Of a stretch of 64,000 nt of DNA, positions 30,053 to 39,916 are shown piece by piece. The position numbers and the translations under genes are program-made. The notes under the pieces are model-generated. The model did not search any database, had not been told where the DNA came from, and saw only the letters and a program-made list of their open reading frames with translations. The stretch is from an uncultured Ectothiorhodospiraceae bacterium. Its GTDB lineage: Bacteria > Bacteroidota > Ignavibacteria > SZUA-365 > GCA-2699105. The stretch spans positions 45,892-109,891 of the forward strand of contig CAYPBB010000003.1 in assembly GCA_964408855.1 (NCBI GenBank), in the 5' to 3' direction. Within the stretch, counting starts at the first letter, position 1, and each line of letters opens with the position of its first letter.

Positions 30053-30652
30053 TTAACGGCGCACTTCGACGGTGAAGGCATCCGGATAGCCGCTGGTGCG
30101 GATTTCCTGCTTGTACCGCGATGCCTGTTCCTGCGTCGTAAACGACCCGACGGTTACCTTGAAAAATCCCGTCACCGGATCGTAGTCCTTATACAGAGGC
30201 TGCGACAGTTTCTGTCTGGCTTCCTGCACCAGTTTTACAGCGCCCTGCTCATCCTTGAATGCCCCAATCTGAACGCTCCACATCATCAATCCGGTGTTTT
30301 TTGCCGGTTCGGCGGTCTGAAGCGCAGGTTTTGCAGGAGACTCTTCGCGGGTTGCCACAGGCAGTTCGGGCTGTTGTTGGGTTTCCCGTTTCTGGGCATC
30401 GGGGTACTTCTGCTCCAATTCCTGGCTGGTCGTTCCCGGTTCTTCGGGCATGCGTTGTACTTCGGGAAGAGATTGTTCTTCCGGCAGCATGGGTTCCGAC
30501 TCGTCATCAACCTGGGAGAATTCCTCCTGGTTTTCGGTGTCGGCGCTCTGCGTTTCCTCGCTTCCGCTGCACGCGGAGAAAAGGAGCAGCGGAATCGCCA
30601 GACTCAGAAGCAAAATCAATGACCGTGTCATAATAACGTTCCTTATGTTCAA
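30053..30652 (-). CDS. SPOR domain lipoprotein
   Basis: Lipoprotein signal peptide (LLLSLAIPLLLFSACSG), an acidic/Pro-rich linker and a C-terminal SPOR-like domain (WSVQIGAFKDEQGAVKLVQEARQKL...FFKVTVGSFTTQEQASRYKQEIRTSGYPDAFTV). Confidence 0.65.
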   Translation of the reverse strand: MNIRNVIMTRSLILLLSLAIPLLLFSACSGSEETQSADTENQEEFSQVDDESEPMLPEEQSLPEVQRMPEEPGTTSQELEQKYPDAQKRETQQQPELPVATREESPAKPALQTAEPAKNTGLMMWSVQIGAFKDEQGAVKLVQEARQKLSQPLYKDYDPVTGFFKVTVGSFTTQEQASRYKQEIRTSGYPDAFTVEVRR

Positions 30653-31365
30653 TGTCGGGAATGAATAATTTCTACGCCGGAACTCGTGCCTATGCGGTTC
30701 GCACCATGCCGGAGGAATGCACGGACCTGTTCCAGCGTCCGGATACCGCCCGATGCTTTCACACCGGCAGTAACGCCGACTGCGCTTCGCATTAGGGCGA
30801 CATCGTACAGTGTTGCGCCTGAAGTCGAAAAGCCGGTGGATGTCTTCACAAAATCCGCTCCAGCGTCAACGGCCAACACGCAGGCGACAACCTTTTCTCT
30901 GTCGCTCAGCAAACAGGTTTCCAGTATTACTTTGATCACACAGGATCTGTTCCTTTCGCGGCTCAGAGAAACGATTGTACACAATTCATCGAGAATATAC
31001 GCGTAATTTCGCGATTTAAGCATACCTACATTGATTACGATATCGAGCTCGTCCGCGCCGGCTTCGATGGCGCGAAGAGCTTCGAATGCCTTCGTTTCCG
31101 GCGTCTGTCCTCCTCCGGGGAATCCGATGACCGTACCGGTCCGGACATTGGACCCTGCAAGCGTGTCGCGGGAAAGGGAAACGTAACTGGGATTCACGCA
31201 AACACCGGCAAATCCGTATTCCTTTGCTTCACAGCACAATTGAATAATATCATCGGGAACAGCGTCTGGACGCAGATTTGTGTGATCGATCACCTGAGCC
31301 AGCGCTGACGGAGGTCCGGCGAGCAATTGATTATCGACCACAATATTTGATGGCACTGAGTGCAT
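30649..31365 (-). CDS. deoC: deoxyribose-phosphate aldolase
   Basis: The ORF extends to 31539. The likely start is the ATG at 31365 (MHSVPSNIVVDNQLLAG...IDHTNLRPDAV). The DeoC core follows (ADELDIVINVG...VIKVILETCLL...DFVKTSTGFSTSGATLYDVALMRSA...KASGGIRTLEQ). Confidence 0.8.
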   Translation of the reverse strand: MHSVPSNIVVDNQLLAGPPSALAQVIDHTNLRPDAVPDDIIQLCCEAKEYGFAGVCVNPSYVSLSRDTLAGSNVRTGTVIGFPGGGQTPETKAFEALRAIEAGADELDIVINVGMLKSRNYAYILDELCTIVSLSRERNRSCVIKVILETCLLSDREKVVACVLAVDAGADFVKTSTGFSTSGATLYDVALMRSAVGVTAGVKASGGIRTLEQVRAFLRHGANRIGTSSGVEIIHSRH

Positions 31366-31551
31366 CGGTCCGTCTTTCCGTCTATTATCTTCTACTGCCT
31401 GATACAAATGCGAAACCCGCTCTACGACCCAACGGCGGACAGCGGGTTTATGTATGATAGCTACGTACCGTTCTCGACATGCAAACCGGTTATCCTGTAT
31501 TGTACCGCATGTACCCGGTAAAACATAATGAATTTGCACAAAATATCATGA

Positions 31552-32355
31552 TTAAAAAAGCATGTTTAGCCGTACGAGTAGTTGAAGCTCGGAGTGCTTC
31601 CAATCGCTGAGTCCGTTGTTCGTCGAGGACACCGGCTTGGCAAATCCGTCGGCGAGTCCGGTTAACGAAAGATGATACATCAGTTCGGGCTGAATTGTCA
31701 TCGTACGTGTGAGGGGTATTTCGTAACCGATACCGCCGCGCAGACCAAAACGAACCGATGTCATATCATACACATCGCCGATGCCCGAGTCGAGGACCTG
31801 CATTTCCGAGGTTCCAGTGGTTGCATAAATGAATCCCGGTGTTTTCATTTTTTCCTTCTCTTCGATGGTTCCGCCGACGAAGTACCCGATGGAAGGCCCG
31901 GCCATGATATACAGGCTTCCTGCGGCGATATTCCATTTACCGAGGATATCGACTGCAGCATACGAAAGTGTGATGTCTGCATTTTTCTCGAAGGTGATAT
32001 CTTCAATATCTCCATTCTGGACATATTCAGGGCGGGTCTCTTCGTCCTTGTATGATGCACTGGAGCCGTCGTACATCGCTTCGATGACAACGGAAAACTG
32101 CTCGTATAAGGGTAATTGGATAAACACACCTGCGGCGCCGTTGAATCCGCTGCCGTTTTCGTATGTGCAATTACATGTGGTGACAAGATTTCCAGAAGAA
32201 AACGAGAACGTACCGCCCAGAAAAGCGCCCCAGGATGCGCGCAGTTCAGCGGGCCGGAGAATATCCTCCGGCGGATCGGGTTGATTTGCGAATGAATTGG
32301 ATGTTGATACGGCAATGAATGCCGCCAGCAAGACAGAGGTTAAAATGTGGCGCAT
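31552..32355 (-). CDS. outer-membrane beta-barrel protein (OmpA-like/porin family)
   Basis: Signal peptide (LLAAFIAVSTSNSFA), alternating amphipathic beta-strands and a C-terminal aromatic residue (…LLVRLNMLF). Confidence 0.55.
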   Translation of the reverse strand: MRHILTSVLLAAFIAVSTSNSFANQPDPPEDILRPAELRASWGAFLGGTFSFSSGNLVTTCNCTYENGSGFNGAAGVFIQLPLYEQFSVVIEAMYDGSSASYKDEETRPEYVQNGDIEDITFEKNADITLSYAAVDILGKWNIAAGSLYIMAGPSIGYFVGGTIEEKEKMKTPGFIYATTGTSEMQVLDSGIGDVYDMTSVRFGLRGGIGYEIPLTRTMTIQPELMYHLSLTGLADGFAKPVSSTNNGLSDWKHSELQLLVRLNMLF

Positions 32356-32422
32356 AATTTCTATAATGGTTTAGTACTTGTGCTTGTCCAATATTGGAAA
32401 ACCAAGCGTCAGAAACAATGCA

Positions 32423-33181
32423 CTATATCCTGACCAAATGCGCCTCTTCGATCCACCCTTCCTTGCCGTCGGCGAGACGGATGTGCATCTGTTCGCCTTT
32501 TTTCCCGATGATCTCTATTTTCAGTCCCTCATGTACCAGGAACGCATCTACACCGGAGCGGTCGGGCGCGCTGGATACTGGAGCTTCCATCGATAAAACT
32601 ATGGCATAACGGCCGGAACTCAAATCCTCGTTTTTATCCTGAACAAGAAAGACCGATGCCAGGAACAGCCCGGCGATGACTATACCCGCTGCCAATGAGG
32701 CTCTACGTATATACACGTTGTGCAAACCGAAGAAAACAAACACGCAGGCAGCCAAAAGCCAGAGCAGTGTAACACTATAGGCGAGCAATGCGGCAAGAGA
32801 GTGCTCCGTTTTCAGATCGTTCCACCATTGAACTGCAAAGAGCAGCGGAATTGCATCGACGCGGTCTCGGGTGCGAGCGCGCGCGACATTCAGATTCTGT
32901 ATGATATCGGGGTCCGAGGGCTCCAGTCTGTACGCCCGTTCGAACGAAAGAATGCTCTCTCCAAGCGCGCCCTGCTTGAAATACGCATTCCCAAGGTTAT
33001 AGTAAATCGTAGCGTCGTCGTAGCCTTCGTCGATCAGGCGATGGTAGAGTTCCACTGCTTCGGAATATCTCGCTTCGGAGTACGCGCGCCCCGCTTCCCG
33101 GAACAACTCCCCGGAAGATTGAGCATGCGCCGTTGTAAGAATAAACGCCAGAACAGCAATTGCGAACAGTTCCTTTTTCAT
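32423..33181 (-). CDS. batE: BatE-like TPR/SH3 domain protein (aerotolerance operon)
   Basis: The likely start is MKKELFAIAVLAF at 33181. It has TPR repeats (AVELYHRLIDEGYDDATIYYNLGNAYFKQGALGESILSFERAYRLEPSDPD), a TM segment and a C-terminal SH3-like domain. It is the last gene of the Bat operon. Confidence 0.65.
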   Translation of the reverse strand: MKKELFAIAVLAFILTTAHAQSSGELFREAGRAYSEARYSEAVELYHRLIDEGYDDATIYYNLGNAYFKQGALGESILSFERAYRLEPSDPDIIQNLNVARARTRDRVDAIPLLFAVQWWNDLKTEHSLAALLAYSVTLLWLLAACVFVFFGLHNVYIRRASLAAGIVIAGLFLASVFLVQDKNEDLSSGRYAIVLSMEAPVSSAPDRSGVDAFLVHEGLKIEIIGKKGEQMHIRLADGKEGWIEEAHLVRI

Positions 33182-33182
33182 G

Positions 33183-35036
33183 CTACACCCGTAACTCCTG
33201 TTCAATCGAGATAATCGCGGTTTTGGCCTTGTCGTAAAGATTGCTCATCTCCGAGGCGGTTGCCCGCGTCGGCGAGAAGCGCGCAAATTCGATACCTTCA
33301 AGAGCCGCCTGCGTATCGGCTATCGTCTGTTGTACCACCTGCCTCTGCTCAAGAATCGCGACCACGCCCGCGATCGATGTTTCCGATGTCGGGATGGAAA
33401 GTTTGTGCTGGATATATCCCCACAACGCCCGCGCTACCTCCTGATAGTAAAGATCGATCATATTCCGGTCGAGGTATTTGCGCGATGCGGAAAGATGCTT
33501 CTCGGCAGTGCGGCTTGCGCGGCGCATCTTGAGTCCGGCGATATCGCCGTGAATCCTGTCGTAGCGGCGCTTCCATGCAATTCCCAATGCGGCAAGCACC
33601 ATCGGCATGGCGTACAATCCAAGCATCGCCGGTACATCGAGCGCCGATTCGCCTCTGCGACGGAATTCATGCCCGCCTTCCTTCAGAGGTTTGATATCCA
33701 TCGCTAAATACTTGATACGCTCGGAATGCGGCTGATTTTCTTCGGTCGCGATATCGCCTTTTCCGATGTTGAGGGCAAATTCCTTCGATGTCAGTGTGAC
33801 GTACTGTTTCTTTTCGAGATCATAATAACTGAACTCCACCGGCGGTACGGTGACCTGTCCGGCGAAACGAGGAATCAGGATATATTCGAACGTCTTCGTT
33901 CCGGAAAGCGAACCGGATTCCGCTGCGAAATCGTCGACGATGTTCGGCGGATACGCGTCGACGCCGGAGGGAACGGTGATTTTCGGCTCGTTGAGCAGTT
34001 TCAGATTTCCCGATCCGGCGATTTTCACCTTCAGGGTTACGGTTTCGTTCGCCTTTGGCGAGTAATTGTCGATCGCGGCGTCCATGGAATACCGCCCGAC
34101 GGCGCCGGCAAACGATTCCGGCTTGCCTTTTTCGGGCAGCGGTTTCACTGTAATGCCCAGCTTATCCGTGGTAAGTGTGTACCGCACATTTTTGTACGAG
34201 TCAAAAAACGGATCGCTGAAAAACCGGTCCCGGATGCTGTTTCCGGTTTGCCGCTTGACGCGCACCTGCACGATGGAGCTGATTTCGAAAGGCTCTATAT
34301 TCAGGTTGCCCGATTGCGTCGGGAAATAGGCCATTTTGCGGACGATGAAAGTTTGATACTGCCGTCCGTTCAGCACTTCGATCTGAGGCTGCAACTGTTT
34401 CGGCGCTTCGAGCTCCTCCGACCAGAAACCAACGCTGCGTGGAATCTTGACGATGTTTTCGAGTTGGAATTCGAGCCGCGAATACAGTTTGTACGTCACA
34501 CGCACCGGCTCGCCGACGTATACTTCGCGCTTATCGGGAATGGATTTCAGCATGAACTCGGCGCCGACGTCTACTTTCTCGCCGCCTCCGGATGAGTTCC
34601 CTTTCTGCGTCTGCCCCTGCTTCTGCGATCCGGTCACGACGGTAATTTTGATCGGATTCGTTTTTAGCGTTTTCCCATCGTAGGAAATCGAGGCCGGCGA
34701 AATGGTGTATGTGCCTTTGTTGCGCGGCTGCAGAACGTATGTCCATCCGATGGAGGCGGATACCTTCCCGTTGATGATGGACATCTGCTGCGATGTGCTG
34801 GGTCCCATGAGCGTCAGGAAATCAGCGTTCAGGTTCGGCTGGCGGAAATCGGAGTAGGATTTCAGATTGCCGCCTGAAAGCGTAAATGTAACCTGGCATT
34901 GCTCGCCCTCGGCGACGGTCGTTGTATTTGCCGAGGCGGTAAACGTTACCTCCTGTGCAAGCGCCGCGTCTGGAACGGATGCCGCTCCGGAGATGAATGC
35001 GAAGACGATTGCCGCGAAAACGAATGTGCGTCTCAT
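33183..35036 (-). CDS. batD: BatD-like protein
   Basis: 617 aa with an N-terminal signal peptide, a large extracytoplasmic beta-rich domain and a C-terminal TM (LGLYAMPMVLAALGIAW) plus a cytoplasmic tail. Its position between batC and batE fits the Bat operon. Confidence 0.7.
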   Translation of the reverse strand: MRRTFVFAAIVFAFISGAASVPDAALAQEVTFTASANTTTVAEGEQCQVTFTLSGGNLKSYSDFRQPNLNADFLTLMGPSTSQQMSIINGKVSASIGWTYVLQPRNKGTYTISPASISYDGKTLKTNPIKITVVTGSQKQGQTQKGNSSGGGEKVDVGAEFMLKSIPDKREVYVGEPVRVTYKLYSRLEFQLENIVKIPRSVGFWSEELEAPKQLQPQIEVLNGRQYQTFIVRKMAYFPTQSGNLNIEPFEISSIVQVRVKRQTGNSIRDRFFSDPFFDSYKNVRYTLTTDKLGITVKPLPEKGKPESFAGAVGRYSMDAAIDNYSPKANETVTLKVKIAGSGNLKLLNEPKITVPSGVDAYPPNIVDDFAAESGSLSGTKTFEYILIPRFAGQVTVPPVEFSYYDLEKKQYVTLTSKEFALNIGKGDIATEENQPHSERIKYLAMDIKPLKEGGHEFRRRGESALDVPAMLGLYAMPMVLAALGIAWKRRYDRIHGDIAGLKMRRASRTAEKHLSASRKYLDRNMIDLYYQEVARALWGYIQHKLSIPTSETSIAGVVAILEQRQVVQQTIADTQAALEGIEFARFSPTRATASEMSNLYDKAKTAIISIEQELRV

Positions 35037-35042
35037 CGGCGG

Positions 35043-35858
35043 TTACCAGTCTTTTTCAACCCGGATTCGGACAGCCTGCTGCGCCCTCACTTTTTTCTGG
35101 AGGTCTTTTTCGTCGCGTTCTAGAGCTTTGAGGATCTGTTCGGCCTGCTGCTTCGACATCTTCTGTTCCTGCGGTTTCGATTGTTGTTCGTCCGGCTTCG
35201 ATTTTTGCTGCTGATCCTTGTCCTTCTGATTCTGTTGTTCCTGCTTGTCCTGCTGTTCCTTCTTCTGCTGATCCTGTTGCTTGTCCTTATTCTGTTCGTT
35301 CTTGTCTTCCTTCTTGTCCTGCTTCTGATCCTTCTTTTGCTTGTCCTGATTGTTATTCTGGTTCTGATTCTGAAGCTGCTCGAGCTTCTTCATCGCATAG
35401 ACAAGATTATACCGGGCATTCTCGTCCGAAGGATTCAGTTTCAACGCCTGTTTATATGCTTCGATTGCCTGCCGGTATCCCTGCATCTTCAAATCGTTGC
35501 CGCCTTTTACCTGCCCAGCAGCATCGCCCGCGCTTTCGGCGGCGTTGAGGTAAGCGTTGCCGGCGTTATACAGCGTTCCGGCAATCTGGGTTTTATCTTT
35601 CGACTTCGTGGCAGCGTTCTTGTAGGCATCGAGCGCCGCCTGAGTATCCTTTTTGCGGTAGGCGGTATTGCCCAGATTGAAGTATCCTTCCACACGCTCC
35701 GGCTTCTCGCGGATTCCTTCTTTGTAGCTTTTCTCCGCCGCTTCGTATTTTTTCTCCATATACGCGTCGTTTCCGCCGTTTACCAGCGAACGGTACGATT
35801 GCCCGACGGAGACAGCGCTCAATGCAGCAATGCCGATCAGAATATATACTGCCTTCAT
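35043..35858 (-). CDS. batC: BatC-like TPR protein with K/Q/D-rich low-complexity tail
   Basis: The likely start is the ATG at 35858 (MKAVYILIGIAALSAVSV). It has TPR repeats (YFNLGNTAYRKKDTQAALDAYKNA...LYNAGNAYLNAAE...), then about 80 aa of QNQNQNNNQDKQKKDQKQDKKEDKNEQNKDKQQDQQKKEQQDKQEQQNQKDKDQQQKSKPDEQQ. Confidence 0.65.
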   Translation of the reverse strand: MKAVYILIGIAALSAVSVGQSYRSLVNGGNDAYMEKKYEAAEKSYKEGIREKPERVEGYFNLGNTAYRKKDTQAALDAYKNAATKSKDKTQIAGTLYNAGNAYLNAAESAGDAAGQVKGGNDLKMQGYRQAIEAYKQALKLNPSDENARYNLVYAMKKLEQLQNQNQNNNQDKQKKDQKQDKKEDKNEQNKDKQQDQQKKEQQDKQEQQNQKDKDQQQKSKPDEQQSKPQEQKMSKQQAEQILKALERDEKDLQKKVRAQQAVRIRVEKDW

Positions 35859-35865
35859 ATCGCGG

Positions 35866-36906
35866 TTACTCCTTTCCTGCCGCAAACACGGCAAACCGGG
35901 ACAGGAATTTGTTCCTCTTTTCAGATAACACCAGTTCTGCAATCAAGAGAAGAATTCCCAACGCCAGAAGGTATTGAAAGCGGTCTTCATGTGCAGTGAA
36001 TTCCTTCGAGCCGAAATCCTTCTTTTCCATCTTTTCGATTTCCTTGAACACCATTCCCAGATTGTCCTGTGCATTGGAAGCGCGGGTAAACGTGCCTCCT
36101 GTTGCATCGGCAATTTTTTGCAGCACCGTTGCGTCGAGGCGCGTGACCACGGTGTTGCCTTCGCGGTCCTTCTTGTAATCGACGACCTGCCCGTTCTGGA
36201 TGATCGGAATCGGACCGCCTTCTTCGGAACCCATACCGATGGTATGGATGACGATACCGTCTTCCTCCGCCTTTTCTGCCTCGGCGACGGGGTCGTCTTC
36301 ATGGTTCTCGCCGTCGGTGATGATGACCATAGCCTTATATTTGCCTTCTTCCTTCTTGAATGAATCTCTGGCAAGCTCGATGGCCGAACCGATGGCGGTG
36401 CCTTCCTTCGGAGCGCTGCCGGTGTAGATGATGTCCGAAAGCAAACGGGCGGCGCTGTAATCCGACGTAAGAGGAAGCTGTGTATACGCGCTTCCAGCGA
36501 AGACGATGATGCCGATGCGGTCGCCTTTCAGATTACCGATGAGCGTGTTCAATTCCCGTTTGGCGGCGTCGATACGAGAGGGTTTGATATCCTGCGCGCG
36601 CATACTGTTCGAAACGTCGATAGCGACAATCAGATCTATACCGGTCCGTTTCACTTCCTCGTACTTCGTTCCGATCTGAGGATTTGCATACGCAATGATA
36701 AGCGCCGCAACAGCGGCAAGATAGGCGCCCATGCGGAGCCAGTACTTCACGCGGCTTCTACCGCCTGTCATGCGGTTCAGCGATGCCGTATCGCCATACG
36801 ACTTCAAGCGTTTGAGGCTGCGAAGCCATACAAACCACGCCAGCGCCGCGATGAGCGGCAGTACGATCAGATATATCAGGTATTCGGGATGCGCAAATTT
36901 TATCAT
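35866..36906 (-). CDS. batB: BatB-like VWA domain protein
   Basis: The likely start is the ATG at 36906 (MIKFAHPEYLIYLIVLPLIAALAWF, a TM). It has a VWA domain (DLIVAIDVSNSMRAQDIKPSRID...) and a C-terminal TM. Confidence 0.75.
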   Translation of the reverse strand: MIKFAHPEYLIYLIVLPLIAALAWFVWLRSLKRLKSYGDTASLNRMTGGRSRVKYWLRMGAYLAAVAALIIAYANPQIGTKYEEVKRTGIDLIVAIDVSNSMRAQDIKPSRIDAAKRELNTLIGNLKGDRIGIIVFAGSAYTQLPLTSDYSAARLLSDIIYTGSAPKEGTAIGSAIELARDSFKKEEGKYKAMVIITDGENHEDDPVAEAEKAEEDGIVIHTIGMGSEEGGPIPIIQNGQVVDYKKDREGNTVVTRLDATVLQKIADATGGTFTRASNAQDNLGMVFKEIEKMEKKDFGSKEFTAHEDRFQYLLALGILLLIAELVLSEKRNKFLSRFAVFAAGKE

Positions 36907-36913
36907 ATCGTCA

Positions 36914-37915
36914 CTACACCGGGATTTTCCTGAACACGAACGCCGAAATGAGCAATTCGACCGCAAGTATGCCGAATGCCATCAAAAGATACTCATAGAA
37001 CAGCTCTGTATAGCGGCGGTATTCGGTGACCTCGATCCGCGTTTTTTCGAGTTTGTCGATTTCCTTGTATATCTGGCGGAGCCGTTCATTGCCCGTTGCG
37101 CGGAAGTATTCGCCTCCGGTTATCTGCGCCACCTGCCTGAGCATATCCTCGTCGATCTCCACCTTCATGTTCTGGTATTGAATACCGAACGGGGTTTGAA
37201 CGGGATACGGAGCCATACCGCGCGTACCGACACCGATCGTATAGATGCGGATTCCGAACGTGCGGGCGATTTCCGCCGCCGTCGCCGGATCGATCGAGCC
37301 CATATTGTTGATTCCGTCGGTCAGCAAAATCATGGTTTTCGATTTCGATTTGCTCGTCTTCATACGGTTCACTGCGTTTCCGATGCCTTCGCCGATGGCA
37401 GTCCCGTCCTGCAATACGCCCATTTTCACTTTCGCAAGAAGATCGAGCAGGACGGAATAATCCGTCGTCAGAGGACACTGCGTAAAGCTTTCGCCTGCAA
37501 ATATCACCAGGCCGATGCGGTCGGTTTCGCGTTCCTCGATAAATTCCTTTGCGAGCTTTTTTGCCGCGTCCAGCCGGTTCGGACGAAAATCCTCGGCAAG
37601 CATCGATCCGGAAACGTCGAGAACGAGCGTGATATCGATGCCTTCGCGGTATACATTTTCACCACGCGCGGAGGTTTGCGGCCGCGCGAATGCAACGATC
37701 AGCAAAGCGAGCGCAAGCAACCGAAGCGCAAATGGCAGAAACCGCAGCCTGACCCGCCAACCACGCGGCAGGGTTTTAAGTACCGCAAGGGATGAATGCC
37801 GTACCGCCGTTTGACCCTTTCCGTGCTTCCAGATATACCATCCGACGAGCGCCGGGATGAGAAGGAGCAACCAGAGCAGTTCGGGATTCGCAAATTTCAC
37901 TTGTTCACCGAACAT
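36914..37915 (-). CDS. batA: BatA-like VWA domain protein
   Basis: The likely start is the ATG at 37915 (MFGEQVKFANPELLWLLLLIPALVGWYIW, a TM). It has a VWA domain (DITLVLDVSGSMLAEDFRPNRLD...) and a C-terminal TM. Confidence 0.75.
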   Translation of the reverse strand: MFGEQVKFANPELLWLLLLIPALVGWYIWKHGKGQTAVRHSSLAVLKTLPRGWRVRLRFLPFALRLLALALLIVAFARPQTSARGENVYREGIDITLVLDVSGSMLAEDFRPNRLDAAKKLAKEFIEERETDRIGLVIFAGESFTQCPLTTDYSVLLDLLAKVKMGVLQDGTAIGEGIGNAVNRMKTSKSKSKTMILLTDGINNMGSIDPATAAEIARTFGIRIYTIGVGTRGMAPYPVQTPFGIQYQNMKVEIDEDMLRQVAQITGGEYFRATGNERLRQIYKEIDKLEKTRIEVTEYRRYTELFYEYLLMAFGILAVELLISAFVFRKIPV

Positions 37916-38960
37916 CGCCGTCCCTCCTTTCAGAGTTTTCGGGTTTCGGTTGATACTGGGCGTGCGAGTCTTCATCCGCTGCCGGAACGGGAGCAGCCGC
38001 CGGGCGCGTCATTCCTAGCCGTACCTCCATTTCGATGGAGTTATTGAAATCCTTTGTTTCCTCGACAAAGAGATACGCGGTCCGCATGCTTTGCCTATGC
38101 GCCACCGGATCTGGGATATATTTTGCGAATTTCGTAAGGTCGGCGCATTGCAACGCGATTTCGAGTTCCTGTATCAGTTTCGGCTCGATGCCCTTTAGCG
38201 CGACATGCTTGATGATTTCGGGCGTGGTTTCTTCCAGCGCAGGCACGCGTAATTTCTTTTCGATATACTCGCGGATTGTCTCGGTCAATTCTGACTGGTA
38301 TTCCTTGTGCATGCCCTGCTCCCAGAGCTTCTCCTGTTCGAGCGCACGCAGGCGTTCCATTGCCCGGATTTCCGCGGGGATTTCCGGTTCGGGTTCGGGT
38401 TCCGGCAGCGCTTCTTCCTTCCGCTGCTTCAAGCGGTAGCGATGCCAGAGGTAGTAGCCCAACAGCCCTGCGGCAATCAGCCCGCCGAACAATAGCGCGT
38501 AATCCCACCATGTCCACGGAACATCGAGTACATCCTTGATATCCCTGAACGATTTCGTGGTATCGATCTTTACCGAAGCAACGGTAAGAGTAATTTCGTT
38601 CGATGCCGTCGTATACGCGGTCGTATCGCCGGGCTTGTAATACCGGATAACTGCGGAAATGGAGACAGTGCCGGTATCGAAGACAGCCAGTGTGTATTCG
38701 CGCGAGTAATGTTCCCCATCCGCCTTCCGCTCGACGAAGGCCGAGTCGGCGGATACAAATGCCGCGCGGACAAAATCCTTGTCCTCGCCGGGTAGTTGAA
38801 TTTTGTATTCCGCAGGCGCATGTACGGAAATCCGCGCAGGGAACCACGTGCCAATCAATACGCGCGACGAATCCGACCCCAGCACCACGGTCACGTCCTG
38901 GGCATTAGCCTGCAATGCGGCGGCGACGAAAAACGCGGCGAGAAGAAAACGGCGCATCAT
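37905..38960 (-). CDS. DUF4381-like membrane protein of the Bat operon
   Basis: Signal peptide, an extracytoplasmic beta domain, one TM (YALLFGGLIAAGLLGYYLW), an EPEPEPE linker and a cytoplasmic helical tail. It sits in the conserved position between the DUF58 gene and batA. Confidence 0.55.
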   Translation of the reverse strand: MMRRFLLAAFFVAAALQANAQDVTVVLGSDSSRVLIGTWFPARISVHAPAEYKIQLPGEDKDFVRAAFVSADSAFVERKADGEHYSREYTLAVFDTGTVSISAVIRYYKPGDTTAYTTASNEITLTVASVKIDTTKSFRDIKDVLDVPWTWWDYALLFGGLIAAGLLGYYLWHRYRLKQRKEEALPEPEPEPEIPAEIRAMERLRALEQEKLWEQGMHKEYQSELTETIREYIEKKLRVPALEETTPEIIKHVALKGIEPKLIQELEIALQCADLTKFAKYIPDPVAHRQSMRTAYLFVEETKDFNNSIEMEVRLGMTRPAAAPVPAADEDSHAQYQPKPENSERRDGDVR

Positions 38961-39859
38961 AGTCTACGCTCCCGGGTTCTGAAGAAATCGATCAGCGGCT
39001 GGATGTACGAGCCTTCGACGTTGACAGCGATTGCGTCGACATTCGAGGTCAGAAACGTGCGTTCGCGGACGCGTTTCCGCTCCTCCCATTGCCGGAGGTA
39101 CTCATCGCGTACTTCTTTGATCGATGTATCGATCCACAGTTCCTCGCCTGTTTCGGCGTCGGTCAATTTGAGCAAGCCCACCTGGGGAAGTTCGCGTTCG
39201 CGGCGGTCGTACAACTGCACTGCGATAAGGTCGTGACGGCGGGCAGCAATTTTCAACGGTTTTTCGTAGCCCTCATCCATAAAATCCGAGACAAGGAACA
39301 CGATCGACCGCTTTTTCAGAACGCCGTTCAGGTATTCGAGCGCCCCCTTGATATCGGTGCCCTTCCCTTTCGGTTCAAATGCGAGAAATTCGCGAAGGAT
39401 CCGCAACACGTGCGTTCTTCCTTTTTTCGGCGCGATGAACTGCTCGATATGATCGGTGAAGATGATCATTCCGACCTTGTCGTTGTTCTTCAGCGCGCTG
39501 AACGAAAGCACGGCGCAGAGTTCGGAAGCAACTTCGCGCTTGAATCGTTCAGAGCTTCCGTAGCTTTGCGAACCGCTGAAATCGACGAGCAACATGAGCG
39601 TCAGCTCGCGCTCCTCTTCGAATATTTTCACGAAGGGCTTATTGAAACGCGCCGAGACGTTCCAGTCGATCGACCGGACATCGTCGCCGTAGTTGTATTC
39701 GCGCACTTCCGAAAAATGCATGCCCCTTCCCTTGAATACGCTGTGGTACTCTCCGGAAAATAGCTGGTTCACCAATCCGCGCGTGCGGAGTTCGATGCGC
39801 CGGACGTTTTTTATAATTTCTTTGGTATCCACGTTTTCACGATCAATCAGGTGTAACAA
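38957..39859 (-). CDS. DUF58 domain protein (MoxR-associated, VWA-like)
   Basis: 300 aa with DUF58 hallmarks (YNYGDDVRSIDWNVSARFNKPFVKIFEEEREL...LLVDFSGSQSYGS). Its 4-nt overlap with the upstream gene suggests translational coupling. Confidence 0.8.
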   Translation of the reverse strand: MLHLIDRENVDTKEIIKNVRRIELRTRGLVNQLFSGEYHSVFKGRGMHFSEVREYNYGDDVRSIDWNVSARFNKPFVKIFEEERELTLMLLVDFSGSQSYGSSERFKREVASELCAVLSFSALKNNDKVGMIIFTDHIEQFIAPKKGRTHVLRILREFLAFEPKGKGTDIKGALEYLNGVLKKRSIVFLVSDFMDEGYEKPLKIAARRHDLIAVQLYDRRERELPQVGLLKLTDAETGEELWIDTSIKEVRDEYLRQWEERKRVRERTFLTSNVDAIAVNVEGSYIQPLIDFFRTRERRL

Positions 39860-39916
39860 TGATGTTCAGCGGCGCGGAGCCGCGGGCCGTTCGCGTCCTG
39901 AGGCAGCGAGCGCGTA

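Noticed and set aside
33726-34595. 289-aa plus-strand ORF within batD
   Set aside because: It is an antisense shadow of batD and has no motifs.
35181-35999. 272-aa plus-strand poly-Leu ORF
   Set aside because: It is the antisense of the BatC K/Q-rich low-complexity tail (codons ctg/ctt), not a real membrane protein.
36731-37795. 354-aa plus-strand ORF spanning batA/batB
   Set aside because: It is antisense to two well-supported VWA genes.
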